In this document: in pieces, positions 42,062 through 55,628 of the stretch | How positions within the stretch are numbered: position 1 is the first letter of the stretch | Layout: every line of letters begins with the position of its first letter | Source: Octopus vulgaris | Lineage: Eukaryota | Assembly (NCBI GenBank): GCA_951406725.2 | Contig: OX597816.1 | Span: forward strand, 51,770,001-51,834,000 | DNA length: 64,000 bases | Reading direction: 5' to 3' | Translations under genes and position numbers: made by a program | The notes under the pieces: model-generated | What the model saw: the letters and a program-made list of their open reading frames with translations, nothing else | Databases searched by the model: none | Told to the model about the DNA's origin: nothing

Positions 42062-42255
42062 AAAGTTAATCCAAACATGAAAGCACAAAAAAACACAACA
42101 ACGCGAGGACGTGGAACAAATATAGTATTATTGGACGTTCAGGAAAGAAGGAAAGAAGGAGGGTTTAACATTTCGAGCGGAGCTCTTCGTCGGAAACATA
42201 GGAGAAGGGAAGACAGAGTGAAAAAATCGCCCACGGTACACACGCGGTCACATCT
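42062..42255 (-). mobile_element. H1 full copy with mutated hammerhead (42163-42197)
   Basis: GUUU-CCGACGA-A-GAGC(UCC)GCUC-GAAA-UG-UU-AAAC; (TA)n on both sides. Confidence 0.8.
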
Positions 42256-42256
42256 T

Positions 42257-42373
<117 letters not shown>

Positions 42374-43134
42374 AGGAGAGAGAGAGAAACAATGAGCGGG
42401 GAGAGACTGGAATTCTTAGATACACATACAAAACGACATCTATGTACATACATGTCCTACACATGCTGCAACCGCAGTCTTGTGTCTAGACAAAAGTATA
42501 GTTAACAAACGAAAATCACATGTGCATGCATGCGAAAAGGCAACGTAATTTCATAATTCCATCTACTTATTCATTTTTTTAAACAATTAATTTTATACTA
42601 TTACATTTTTTAAATATATTATTTTATTAAATATAATTCTCGCGCAAAATAACGTTAAATGTTAGAAAGGATGCTACAAATTCCCTAAAACACCAAATTT
42701 TCACCAGAATAGCGTTCCATGTTGACTTCAATTTTGCACTTGACTAATTTATCAGATTTTATTGAAATATTTGGTCTAAACATTATATTGATCGAAACAA
42801 AATATCGATTGGATCTTAACTGATTTTAGAAATTTGCTTTTGTATTTCTTTATATAAAACATGTTTTAAAACATTAAATATTTGCACAGACTCTTTCGTA
42901 AATATTCACACAACGTTCATTCATCATACACACATTATGATGTATGCGTCTCCAGACACATGGCTACATACGTGTCAGCGCGCGCGCGCGCGCGTGTGTG
43001 TGTGTGTTTGTCCATGCACGTGTATGCATGTGTGCTCATATATACGCATATAAATAATTACATATATATCACTATTTATTGGCGCATGTTTATGTGTGTA
43101 GTTATATGTGCGCTTATGTATATATGTTCATCTT

Positions 43135-43345
43135 TTGTCTTTCATCTTTTACTTGTTTCAGACATTTGACTGCAGCCATTCTGGAGCACCGCTTTAAATA
43201 AATATTTAGTCGGATGAATGAACTCCAGTAATTAGGCCTGGTATTTATTCAATCGGTTTTTACGCCGAACCTCTAATTTACGTGGTCGCAAACACGGTTG
43301 TCAAATGGTGGGGTAAGACAAACGTGGGTACACACACACACACAC
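43135..43345 (-). mobile_element. Old SINE family A, 3' half (5' half at 45355-45460)
   Basis: TTACTTGTTTCAG..CTGGAGCACCGC tail; homology breaks at the internal (CA)n. Confidence 0.8.
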
Positions 43346-43494
43346 ACACGCATATATATACACAAGTGCAAACAAGGGAGTCAGAGAAAGGCAGAATGCC
43401 ACATATATCTGAACACTACTATGGAAGTATTCCTTTAAAAAAACCTTTCTTCTAATTTTTCTAAATTTTTCAAAATTTAATTATTTAATCGTTA

Positions 43495-43532
43495 CAGTTG
43501 AAAAGGTCTCAAAATGACCGAAACCGGTACTG
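43495..43532 (+). ncRNA. Degenerate minimal hammerhead (family H3)
   Basis: CAG-UUGAAAA-GGUC(UCAAAAU)GACC-GAAA-CCGG-UA-CUG: all three stems intact, two core substitutions relative to CUGANGA. Confidence 0.6.
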
Positions 43533-43581
43533 AAAGATTCACTATAAAATCATCTTAGCATTTTCCATTTTTGACTTGTTT

Positions 43582-43627
<46 letters not shown>

Positions 43628-43629
<2 letters not shown>

Positions 43630-43841
43630 CTCTTTTACTCTTTTACTTGTTTCAGTCATTTGACTGCGGATGATTTGCACCGCCTTTAGTCGAGCAAATC
43701 GACCCCGGGACTTATTCTTTGTAATCCCAGTACTTATTCTATCGGTCTCTTTTGCCGAACCGCTAAGTGACGGGGACGTAAACACACCAGCAACGGTTGT
43801 CAAGAAATGCTAGGGGGACAAACAGAGACACACAAACACAT

Positions 43842-43876
<35 letters not shown>

Positions 43877-44040
43877 CGACGGGCTTCTTTCAGTTTCCGT
43901 CTACTAAATCCACTCACAAGGCATTGGTCGGCCCGGGGCTATAGCATAAGACACTTGCTCAAGAAGCCACGCAGTGGGACTGAACCCGGAACCATGTGGT
44001 TGGTTAGCAAGCTACTTACCACACAGCCACTCCTGCGCCT
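43628..44040 (-). mobile_element. SINE family A, full-length
   Basis: Near-identical to 22515-22938. Confidence 0.95.
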
Positions 44041-44041
44041 A

Positions 44042-45299
44042 TTGGTCATCCCTGAAATAATGCGGTTTTTTCAATTGCATGACCTAAAATCGGAGGGGAC
44101 GGGATAACCTTCATCAACTAGATATAAAAAGGGGTAGTAATTTTATCGTATCTTGATTCTTAGTGCAAGTTTTGAAGAGCACAGCTCGATTTTATGTTAT
44201 GATTTCAAAACTATAATAGAAGTGACAAAGGTGCATATTCGGCATATTTTGCTTTATGAGTTCAATAAAGGCAACAACGCTATGGAAAGTGCGAGGAATA
44301 TTAATGCAGTGTATGGGGATCGGACAATAAGCATAAGACAGTGTCAACGGCAGTTCCAGGAATTCCAAGCCAGAAACTACAGTCTTGGAGGCGAGCCTCG
44401 TACAGGAAGATATGTAGTACTCGACGAGGACGTCCTGCTAACCATGATGGAACAAAATACCATTGTAACTGTTGAGGAACCAGTTGAGGAGCTTGGGTTT
44501 TGTCACTCAACCCTTCATCGATACCTGCGTGCCTTTGGAAAAGTCATCAAATTGGGTCAATGGGTTCCTCACAAACTTTCCGTGTCTAATCGCGTGCAGA
44601 TAGTGAAGTGTGCTCTTCTTTGCCGAACGGCTCGCGATTGAACCATTTTTTTAGACCGAATAGGGTCTCTTGACGAGAAATAGACTCTCTACGAAAATGT
44701 CAAGCACCGAAGAGAGTGGGTAGAGAAAGAGGAAATACCGGCACCCCAGTCTAAAGAAGGTCTTTACCCACGTAAGGTGTTCTTAACTCTTTCGTCGAAT
44801 ATGAATGTTTTAACACAAAACAAAGGATAACAAAGGAGATCTACTGCGAGCGGCTTGAGCAGCTTAAATCAGCTCAAGAAGAAAAATGGCCATCTTTGGT
44901 TTCAAGACGAAAGGTGTTCTTCCATCAGGATAACGCTCGGCCACATACAGCGAAGATGACATTCCAAAAGCTTGAGTTGTTTGAATGGGAGACAATACCC
45001 CGCCTACCGTATTCGCTGAACATTGCCCCATCTGATTATAATTTATTTCGTAGTCTTCAAAATCTTTTGGACGGAAAAAATATATATTCTTTAGAGGATA
45101 TCAGAGCAGTACCGCAAAGTATTTTTCGTCAGGTACAAGGGAAATTTGAAAGAGGAGCCTTGAAAGTCTACCAGATACTTGGAAGAACATTGCAGAAAAT
45201 GAAGGCGAGTATATTTTAGATTAAAAAAAAAGAATTTAGTTTATCTTAATTTTAAAAAATAAGATAAGTATAAAAAAACGCATTATTTATGGGCTGACC

Positions 45300-45302
<3 letters not shown>
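44042..45302 (+). mobile_element. Full-length mariner transposon (~1.26 kb), decayed
   Basis: TIRs TTGGTCATCCCTGAAATAATGCGGTTTT and (reverse complement) TTCGGTCAGCCCATAAATAATGCGTTTT; TA flanks. Confidence 0.95.
44215..45222 (+). pseudogene. Mariner DD34D transposase pseudogene
   Basis: HIRHILLYEF HTH region, WVPHKL, DEK, HQDNARPH, PYSLNIAPSDYNLF (34 residues between D2 and D3); stops and frameshifts. Confidence 0.95.
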
Positions 45303-45354
<52 letters not shown>

Positions 45355-45358
<4 letters not shown>

Positions 45359-45460
45359 AACACACATACGACGGGCTACTTTTTAATTTCCGTCTATTAA
45401 ATCCACTCAAATGCGTTTGGTCGAGCCGAGGTTATAGTAGAAGCCATTTACCCGAGGTCT
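45355..45460 (-). mobile_element. Old SINE family A, 5' half
   Basis: ATACGACGGGCT..TTTCCGTCTA..AAATCCACTCA..TTTGGTCG..TATAGTAGAAG continues the 43135-43345 copy. Confidence 0.75.
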
Positions 45461-45925
45461 AACCAGCACCTATTTATGGATACAATAATTCTAATAATCG
45501 ATCATATAGTGATTCCAGTATAGTTTTCAGTTTAACACTAGACATCGGCAAAAGTGTTCCTAAGTTATTCAGTTATAATAAAAAAGAATGGTTTTTTTTT
45601 AAATTCGTAATTCTTATCCTTACATCTGATGTAAGTTTCCGTTATGCTACTTTTCCTTTCATTACTGTATCTCCGAAGAAAATCTGCAGTTCTGCATATG
45701 TAAATGATGCGCTGAAATATTTAATATCTGGCTTTTTTGTGCATCAAAATTTTCAATACTTAAAATAAATATTACATATTTTTGAATAGCTCAAAATATT
45801 AATATAAAATATTACTCATATTTCATCCCACATGTTCAAAGTCATAATATATAACGATGGAAGATGGCGACTTCGAAATGAAAATATGGAAGTACTATAT
45901 ATATAAGTGATGAATTATTTGATTC

Positions 45926-45961
<36 letters not shown>

Positions 45962-47562
45962 CGTGTGCATGCGTTCGCGAACGTGCTGTCCATCGGTGCA
46001 TTGCGAAACGTTTAATAAAATTGATATTGCAGAATAGTATTTCGGTCACTGATTTCGGGGAATGAATTAAAATAAGTTTTGGTATCGACCTACATTCAGT
46101 GGTAGTCTATAATAGACGACATTTTAATGCCCCATTGAGCACCGCAATTTTTTTAATGTATCCATTTCGGATTTTACAATTAAAATGCATTTACTTCAAG
46201 AAATATTCGAAACCAATTCTTTTGGTAACTAAACTGAGCACCAAAAATATGCACACAAGCTCTCGGCAGTAGCCATACATGCGAAGATTTATAAACTACT
46301 TTTTCTCTTTTTGGTCCGAAGATTTAAAAAAAATTTTTTTCAAGAAAATTAAATAGGCTATGCACGCCTTCCACTGGATTATGGGCGCTTTCTGGGGGGT
46401 TGAAATAGCTACTGCTGGCATTTTATTTTCATTTTTAATCTGCGGAGAAGGCTGTGTATATATCTTTTTATACGGCTTCCAAAACCGGTGAGATTGTGGG
46501 AAGAAAGGTATCCTCAAAATGGAGAAATAGTCCGAATGCTTGCAACAAAGTGGACTCCGCTATAGGCATCAAATGTGGCAGTATAAAAAGAACGACAGAT
46601 TAAGTGTACCACGCAAGGAGACACAGCGGGAGAAAGTTAAAATGGGCAGACCTGAAAGTAATACTACATGCCATCCGAGTCGATGTTTCCACAACTCTTC
46701 CAATCAACAAATCTAGATTGATACCTCTGCACCTACTCCGAATAAATGGAATGCAAAATAGACGTCAACGGTATCTGAACTAAGAACTGAAGATTACATT
46801 CCACCGACAATTTGGCTCACTGACGCTTACTTTCAGTATACTGCCCTTAAAACTAGCAAGTATTACTAACAACTAAAATACATAAGAAGGTAGATTTTCT
46901 AGTACTATTTGATGTCTCTTTATTATAAACAATAAATTCGTAGTTGTTATTCTATATTCTTCTTATATTTATTTTTTTATTTCTTTAGTATCTTTTATTT
47001 ACATATATATTTTCCAATAACAAATCTTATTTTACTAAGAGAAATGAAATCAAGTAAGAGAGATTTTACTCTCTCATATCAAACAGTATGTAATTGTATT
47101 AAGTAAGCTTGATCGCATCTTTTGTGTTCTATAGCCGTCGGCTTTAATTATTTGAGTGGGTTTCGTCAACTTACTTCAGCAAAAACTACATAGCTGTTGG
47201 TCAAAAAATAATAATAACATTATATGAAAACAAAATAGTGTTTAACAATCCAAGGCAGATTTTTCTTGCTATAGCAGCGGTGGACAACAAATATTACGGC
47301 TTCGTTTCGTTCAGTGCAGATAAAAATATTTGCTATTTGTCATCGAAAAACAATCTTTTGATAATACAGTATTGTATAAATTTTATTACAAACGCACTCA
47401 TGATTATGTTTATATATATATGAAATAGTGTACAATTTACGTATTTATACACAAAATAGTTAACCTTTAACAGGATACCTTAATGCTAGAAAGGGCAGTT
47501 AAAGCCCAAACCACGAATAAGAGCAGTTGCAAAGGATGTACATATATATATATATATATATA

Positions 47563-47996
47563 TAAGTTCAGCAAAATTTAGATTCAGAAGAATATGGTAC
47601 TTAAGTTAAAGGCACCAGAATTTGATATGGTATTATCCATATAAATCAAATGGGGTGATTATAATCAAAATAAGCAACAAGGATATCCAAGGTGGTGTAG
47701 TACAATCGTTTCATGCTACTTCATTTTATTAAACAATGTATTACATCAGTTTTAAACATGGTAGTAGAAGGTCCATTAAGAACATGGTAGTAGAAGGACC
47801 GTCTACTACTATGATGAAATTAACCTCTCTATCTATATATCCACTCTCTTTGTAATGTTGGCTATTGAAATAAGTATAAAAATGCACATTGTCTATTCAA
47901 TTAAAAAAATTTTAAACTTACATTGTTTAATAAAATGAAGTAGCATGAAACGATTGTACTACACTATCTTGGCTATCCTTTTTGCTTAGTTTAAAA
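47563..47996. mobile_element. Fold-back element (arms 47671-47740 and 47919-47988) with hammerhead 3' halves
   Basis: ~70-bp inverted repeat containing GAAACGATTGTA in each arm; flanked by (TA)n and (CA)n. Confidence 0.7.
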
Positions 47997-48064
<68 letters not shown>

Positions 48065-48143
48065 TATTCAAAGAAATTCCAGATCTGTTTGTTGTTTATG
48101 TTTTATGTATATTCTTTATAATATTAATGTAGTATATATAATA

Positions 48144-48537
48144 CTAGCAGTATCGCCCGGCGTTGCTCGGGTTTGTAAGGGAAATAACTATATAAGCATT
48201 TTTAGAGAGTTATAGCCAAAAAATAGCAAAAAATGCATTAAAAATGGAAAAAAAATATGGTAAATTTTTTTTAAATCGTTGACTCATCGTAGACATTTTT
48301 AGAGAGTTACTTCCCTTATATAATAGCGAAAAAAATGCATTAAAATGGAAAAAATTATGGTAATTTTTTTTTAAATCGTAGACTCATCGTAGACGCGCGC
48401 TAATACCCAGAAGGGTTCGATATGAATCACGACTATAAGATACCCGGTTTTGGTTAAACTGCACCGCAAAATGTGGGAGTAGTTAGGAATCTAAATCGTA
48501 GGAGACAGACACACAACTTGACTTTTATATATAAAGA
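48144..48537 (-). mobile_element. Complete non-autonomous Helitron (394 bp)
   Basis: 5' TC(TTTATATATAAAAG); 3' hairpin CCCGAGCAACGCCGGG then CTAG; inserted between A and T with no TSD; internal ~100-bp tandem duplication. Confidence 0.88.
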
Positions 48538-48557
48538 TATAATATAGATAATATATA

Positions 48558-48985
48558 GGCGCAGGAGTGGCTGTGTGGTAAGTAGCTTGCTAACCAACCA
48601 CATGGTTCCGGGTTCAGTCCCACTGCGTGGCATCTTGGGCAAGTGTCTTCTGCTATAGCCCCGGGCCGACCAATGCCTTGTGAGTGGATTTGGTAGACAG
48701 AAACTGAAAGAAGCCTGTCGTATATATGTATATATATATATATGTATGTGTATGTGTGTGTTTGTGTGTCTGCGTTTGTTCCCCTAGCATTGCTTGACAA
48801 CCGATGCTGGTGTGTTTACGTCTCCGTCACTTAGCGGTTCGGCAGAAGGGACCGATAGAATAAGTACTGGGCTTACAAAGAATAAGTCCCGGGGTCGATT
48901 TGCTCGACTAAAGGCGGTGCTCCAGCATGGCCGCAGTCAAATGACTGAAACAAAAAAAAGAGTAAAAGAGTAAAGAGTAAAGAGT
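48558..48985 (+). mobile_element. SINE family A, full-length
   Basis: GGCGCAGGAGTGGCTGTGTGG head through (AAAGAGT)n tail. Confidence 0.95.
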
Positions 48986-49036
48986 ATATAGCAAAATGAA
49001 ATGAAGTATTGATTGTCTTATTGAACACACACACAA

Positions 49037-49122
<86 letters not shown>

Positions 49123-49461
49123 ATTCTCTCTCTAAATATGTGTGTGTGTGTGTGTACACACACTCATGTATGTATGCATGTATGTATGAAAGATTGTAAG
49201 TTCTTAAATTCCTTTTTGCAATCACAATAGAAAATTTTCCATAACCCCACCTTGAGCCAGGTTTTATGAACGTAAATGAATATAGAAAAGCTGTGGAAGC
49301 ACGCGGGAGAGATATATCTTTTATTCAATCGGTCAGTAGATCACACATTGTGTGAATATTCATTTACTTATATTTTAAATCAATGAAATGTTTGATATGT
49401 TTGTCGAATAATTAGAATATTCATGGGCGAATCTAACGAAATTCTGTTTTTGTTGCATATA

Positions 49462-49669
49462 CAGGATGGGTGAAAATTAAGTAGGTATTAAAAATTAGAA
49501 ATAAAACCCATAATCCTTTTACAAATTCATTGAAAACATTGATAGATGTTCTTTAGTACGTGGGAAATTCCCACTGGTGTTTGTTTTTAAAATCCTTACG
49601 TCATGACTTCAGTGATACTAAAAATTGTATAAGCAATTTCTAATGCCTAGTTACTTTCCACACACTTTG
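49462..49669. mobile_element. Tc1/mariner-type MITE
   Basis: TA flanks; imperfect TIRs CAGGATGGGTGAAAATTAAGTAGGTATTA and (reverse complement) CAAAGTGTGTGGAAAGTAACTAGGCATTA. Confidence 0.6.
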
Positions 49670-49739
49670 TATATTTATATGTGTGTGTGCGTGTGCTTGT
49701 GTGTGTGTCTGTCTGTCTGTCTGTGTCAGTATCGGTCCA

Positions 49740-49930
49740 ACCACTGCCACTTGACTATCGGTATTGGTATGTATGTATCCTCTTAGCTTAGCGGCACAGC
49801 AAAGAGACCGATACAATATGTACCAGGCTTAAAAATAAGTTCTGGGCTCGATTTATTCGACTACAAATTCAAGGCGACGTTACCACAGTATGGCTGCAGT
49901 CTAATGACCGAAACAATTCACAGATTAAAG
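49740..49930 (+). mobile_element. SINE family A, 3' half, diverged
   Basis: CTTAGCGG..AAAGAGACCGATA..CAGTCTAATGACCGAAAC. Confidence 0.75.
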
Positions 49931-49942
49931 GTATATATGTTC

Positions 49943-49975
<33 letters not shown>

Positions 49976-50029
49976 TGTATGCGTATGTGTGTGTGCGCGT
50001 GCGTTTGAGTGTGTGTGTGTAATTATTAT

Positions 50030-50360
50030 TGAGCCAGAGAGCACTTCATGCTATCGAAGTGAATCTAGGTTTCAAATATAGTAAGCCCAGTCTGACACGA
50101 GTACGCCAGGCACATGCATCACAACCTTATGTGCGCGACACGGTGGTGTTATATCACGGTAAACTGCGAATTACCTGCAGGTAGGGCTCAGAATGTTCTT
50201 CTGGTCGAGTAGCCCATCTCTCTCAAGAGGCCCCTGGAAAAGGTTTGTTGCTCAACTGGTTAAGGTCAGACAACTGAATAGCAAACCTGTGGTGCTGAGT
50301 AGAATATTTGCTGTAGCCTATCTTTTGCACCGAGACAAAACATGTACATGTAAACATTAC
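50030..50360 (-). mobile_element. Diverged, internally deleted copy of the 27964-28494 repeat
   Basis: Shared blocks CACATGCATCACAACC, TGCTCAACTGGTTAAGGTCA and AGAATATTTGCTGTAGCC; same end abutting ATTATTATT. Confidence 0.85.
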
Positions 50361-50982
50361 CTTGTAACAATATTCTCCATAAAATGTATAGATTGTATTT
50401 AGTGGAGGAACAAATTAGGGCAATCAAATCTAAGGTTCTGTGGTGCAAAGTCTGCAAGAATTAAACTAAGAGACCATCCAAATATTCTGGTATAGAGCAC
50501 CAGAATTACATTCATCGTCCAAATATTCAGGTGTAGAGCACCAGAATAACGCTCATCGTAATTTGAATTTAACGTATGATTGCGTCTCATAAAGCAAGGT
50601 TTCTATATATCTTAAAGTTGCGGAAGAATTTGTGCATCGAGTGGTTTAATTTAATGGTTCAGAGCACTGCGACGCGTAATCACGGAGGTGTGAGTTCGAG
50701 TCTCATAACCGGCTGCCATCACTTATTTCTGCAAAATCGGGGTAGCCTACCCTGTTCAGGCTATATTATTAGCATAATCCTGCGTTTGAGAATGTAAAAT
50801 TACTTCTTTAACTTTCATATATATATATATATATATAATCGTTTATGCACTAAAAAGCTTCCTGTTGCTAAATTGTGTGTGCTGAAAGAGATATTGCTTT
50901 ATTTGTGGATGGCCATTTTCTCCAGTTAAACACACGCACTATTTATTTGATCATCACTTTATTAACATAAACATTATTATTA

Positions 50983-51047
<65 letters not shown>

Positions 51048-51492
51048 GCCTGACCCTGTGCTGTCAAAAATAACGGCTAATTTTTGTGTCCTCTATAATA
51101 ATACACTTGTCTTTTTCTCTGTCACAACATATGAATGAGAAATTAGAAGGGAGCAGGTAATAGATAATAAAGGAAGGAAAAGGTAATGGTAAGCTTGGTA
51201 GAGGGACGATGGAAATTGTACGGTGAAAAAAAAATCAAAAAGCGTTTCAACTCTGTGTGAGTATGTATGTGTATATAAAAGGGCGGTATGTGAATGTTTG
51301 TGTGTGTGTTCGTGTGCGTGTGCAATGAAGGTGGAATGGTGGATATTGAACGCTGAAGAGAAAACTCAAACAGCGTTTCAGCTCTGTGTAGGTATATGTA
51401 TGTGTATCCTAGCGGCTGCAGCATGCATCGAATTGTAGCAGAAACATATATGGGGGAAGAAATGGAAAGACATGATTCACTGCAGAATAAAA

Positions 51493-51569
<77 letters not shown>

Positions 51570-51574
51570 ATATT

Positions 51575-51672
<98 letters not shown>

Positions 51673-52499
51673 TATGTGTGCGTGTATGTGTACATACGTT
51701 AATATCAAACAGTAAGAGTGAGAGCTCAACTCCGCACTGGTTGATAAATATTGTTCATTCGTGAGTTAACAAGTCAACCATTGTTTTCATTTCAAAAGAC
51801 CTTCACAGCTGTCTCTATTTTGGATAGTATAATACGACGGAACACGAAGGAACGCAATTTGTGGCAAAACTCCAGACCTAATGCGATATCAAAATCAAGC
51901 TAATCTAATATGTTTTCTCTGGTGATCTATGTATTTATTTAGAAATACCGTTAAACCTCCTGTAACACTCGAGCATTCTCATCCAAAAACTCCTGTCGTA
52001 CGCTTGAACAATTGTGAATATATTTTGACAGGAAAGCATTGGTTGCCTTATTAATCTATAAATAACGTAGAAAGAGAGACAGACAAAGAGATAGACAGTT
52101 AGGAGGCAGACAGACAGAAAGACAGACAGACAAATAGACAGACATACGGATAGACTGATAGGTAGATAGATAGATAGTTTCGAAGCAAATACTCCACTAC
52201 ACCAAATCGGTTCTCTTGTCCTTGCAATCATAGTTTTTCTGACACAATGGCAGCAACGTTTCAGTGACTTGCTAGTTTCAGATAACTGAATGCTCTCTTG
52301 TATACATATATATCCAGTAATTTTAAGTCAATAATTTATCTTAACGCAACCACACCCTCACGCCCAAACACAAATACACACATACATGCATTTTACGCTC
52401 TTAATACATATATATTTAAAACTTGCAGCTGGAAATATCAGAATGCTATATCATACTGAGAAAGTAAAACTCACAAGGTAAAGCGACATTTTTAGCAAT

Positions 52500-53480
52500 A
52501 TTATAAGGATAAATTCCAAGAAGATAGACAAAATATGGCGGTTTCATGGTAGATGTTTATAGATGTTTATGGGGATAAAAAGCACAAAAACATAAAGCCT
52601 TCAATTTTTTTTATACATTACACTTCAGATTCGAGTGGAATATAAAAAATTAGACTCTCTGATATGCTCAACAAAGAATTTATCATCTGTATTTTACTGC
52701 AACTATTATAATAACTAAAGCCAGAGAAATTGGTGAGCAAAAGTAAAAGTGACATACGCGATGAGAAAGCAAATATTATATCAAGAGCTCGTGACAGTTG
52801 GAAAGGAATGATTGGTAAATGTCTTGGAGCATATCAAACAATAGGAAAATACGATTAATAGAATTTGCTAAATAACACAAACTAATTTTAGGAAACATAA
52901 TACGCCAACACAAACAGCTAAAAGAAAATGTGGCGTGCACCTGGAGGGAAATATAATAACCAGGTTGAGTTATTGTTGTCCCTAAAAGATATCAATCAAA
53001 AGTAAATGGAACCAGAATGTAGAAATTGGAAATTGGAAGCAATCTATTTAGTAATAGGTAACTTGAGGGCGATTTAAAGAACAGAAACAAATCCATGATC
53101 AAGTACATAGAACTGTTAAATATTCGCAACATACAGGAAATCGCACTACTTAGCATTGCACATATTTTACATATATTATTAATAATAAAGCAAAAAATGC
53201 AAAACATGAAAACTATCATCAACGTCAGACCAATATAGAAGCACTCTGCAATAAAAGTAAACCTCCTGGACGAGAATAATAACAATGATAATGAAAAGGC
53301 TGTGGTTAGTAATAGAAGTGTATGCCGTTCCAATACTTGTTAGAGCCCTAGGTGTAGTGAGAAAAAAAAAATGAGAAATGAAAATTCATTGGATATGATA
53401 GAACTAGAAAAGAAAACGTGTATTATTTCGCACTGCAAAGAGTTTCTGCAACGTTCTCGAAACTTCAAAGGAAAGACCCA
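52500..53480 (+). mobile_element. Highly decayed R4/Dong-type remnants
   Basis: LSDMLNK; LLNIRNIQEIALLSIAHIL; PILVRALGVV resemble motifs in the 26.5 and 29-30 kb copies. Confidence 0.5.
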
Positions 53481-53619
53481 TCCTTAATTCATGGGAAGTG
53501 AAAAGCTGGTACATTAATGACACCTCCAGCGGTATACTGTCTGAGCAAGATATGAAACGAGAAACAATAATTTTTTGCACGATATAAAACTTCATAGTGT
53601 CGGCAGAAACTCTGAAGTT

Positions 53620-53785
53620 TTAGTGTTAGGGATGTAGTCGATTATATCGACACTATTGTTCAGCTGATATTTCTTTTATCGACTTCGAACAGATGAAATA
53701 CGGCATTTGAACACAGAATATATAGTGTCAGAAGAAATACCTTAAACGTTTTGTCCGACGCGCAAACGATCTGCTAACTCACCTA
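53620..53785 (-). mobile_element. SINE family B, diverged
   Basis: AGTCGATTATATCGAC..TTTTATCGAC..ATTTGAAC..CTGCTAACTCACC. Confidence 0.65.
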
Positions 53786-53801
53786 TATAATAATGATGAT
53801 G

Positions 53802-53848
<47 letters not shown>

Positions 53849-55628
53849 CCTTTTTACTATAAGCTAATCCCCTATAAAACCCCATAATGGAACTTCCACC
53901 GACCGCATTACCTGGATAGCAGAAAACTGTGAGAGCTTGCCGACACTCCAGTTGCCAATTGCCCTTTCTTGGGCTACGCATGATCCAGGACTATAGCTCC
54001 GTCAATGAGACGAGCTGCGGAAAATCCCGTGTGTATGTGACCGTGCGTTTATGTATATTCTTTTGTTACGTCGCTACAAAACTATATGATACACTTCGGC
54101 CCTTGCACACCAAATAGTGTCTTCAATTTCAAAGCAATGAAAAGATTCAACTTCATCAAAATCCATCAATTTCTTAGAAAACTATGATGAAAATTCAGAT
54201 AAAAATCTATTCCGATTCCTCGTTTAAAATTAATATATATTGAGCTCATCATTAGCAACTACATTCAACTTAACGTTAATATCTTTAGCTTATTAGATGC
54301 TTGCTTACTTGTCACTACTTTCAAACAGCAGTCTCAAGAAATCCCCGCAGAACTATCTACTTTCAGAAAAGTTGAAACAGAAGTCTGAAACACGAATATG
54401 AATAGGTGGAAAATTATACATTCATGGTCAATCGGAGATTATTTCGAACCCTGAACTTAAGAATAATATATTTGTTCAATTGTTTAAATTTTCATCGAAG
54501 TGGACACATTAAAAGAAATTATATAAAATTAAATAAAGCTACATAAATGCTTCCAGCCAGATTAAGGTACGAAATGAATGGGAATCATTCATCGGTGAAT
54601 TGGTAGAAAGAATGCTTGGTTTACTACTGATGTAATAAATTGAATAACGCGAAATTGAAGCGATTTCAAGTGAAAGAAACAAAATTACATAAAAAAAAAT
54701 GTGCTATGAGTTATTAAATTGTAGACAAGTTTTGTTAGTAAGCCAATTTGGTATTCTGAATTACATAGGCGTGTCTGTCAACTATTGTCTCTGAAAATTG
54801 TGAGAAAGATTGTGAAATCAAGTCAGGTCAGGCTAAGTAGTAAATTTGATTTCAAACAACTGAAATCCGATTCAGTCTTGATCTTCAGTAACGAACAAAG
54901 TTGTTTGTATGTGAATAGAAAACTAAATAGGTTTATTTCTGATGAGAAATACGCTACTTATGAATCAGAATGGGAAAGTGTTATGCATATATCCACACAT
55001 ACACAAACATATACATATATTACGTACTCATATGCATATGCTAGTATGTGTATTTATGCACGAATACAGACATATATGCATGCGTCTATATATGTACATA
55101 TATGTATGTATATATGTATATATGTATGTATGTATATATGTGAGTGTATGTATATATATGTAGTCGTATGAATGGGAAATATACATATGTATTGTTCCAG
55201 TGTTATAGAGACACAGAGAATATTTTCAAAGATATGTATGGTTGAAACAATTTCCCTAAACATGTATGTGTGCTTGTGAGGTTCTATATGTAATTACATG
55301 TGAGAGATACTGCATCTCTTATATTGATAGTCATATATACGTTTCTTCTAACATAAAACATACTATGATGCAGTGTAACTGCTTTTATATAGCATAAAGA
55401 TTTTCGTTTGTTATTCAATCTCTGATGATTTGTCAATGTAATCGGTTTATAAAAGATTTCCTTGTCTGATAGTCCATTTTATTTATGAAACACACTAAGA
55501 ATGGATTGGATAAATGAAAAAAATTATCATTATATTTGGTTTCTATTTGTAATCTGAATTCAAACTAAGGAAATGGAAGTATGATTCTGTAGGATGTGAC
55601 GTGGGATACTAGCTAATTTATTCCTCAC

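Noticed and set aside
50470-50550. Short direct repeat TCCAAATATTC.GGT.TAGAGCACCAGA (two copies) as CRISPR-like
   Set aside because: Only two units, no unique spacers of CRISPR length, eukaryotic context; a simple tandem duplication.
54935-54950. CTGATGAGAAA as a hammerhead
   Set aside because: No stem II between the core halves and no stem III or UH site.
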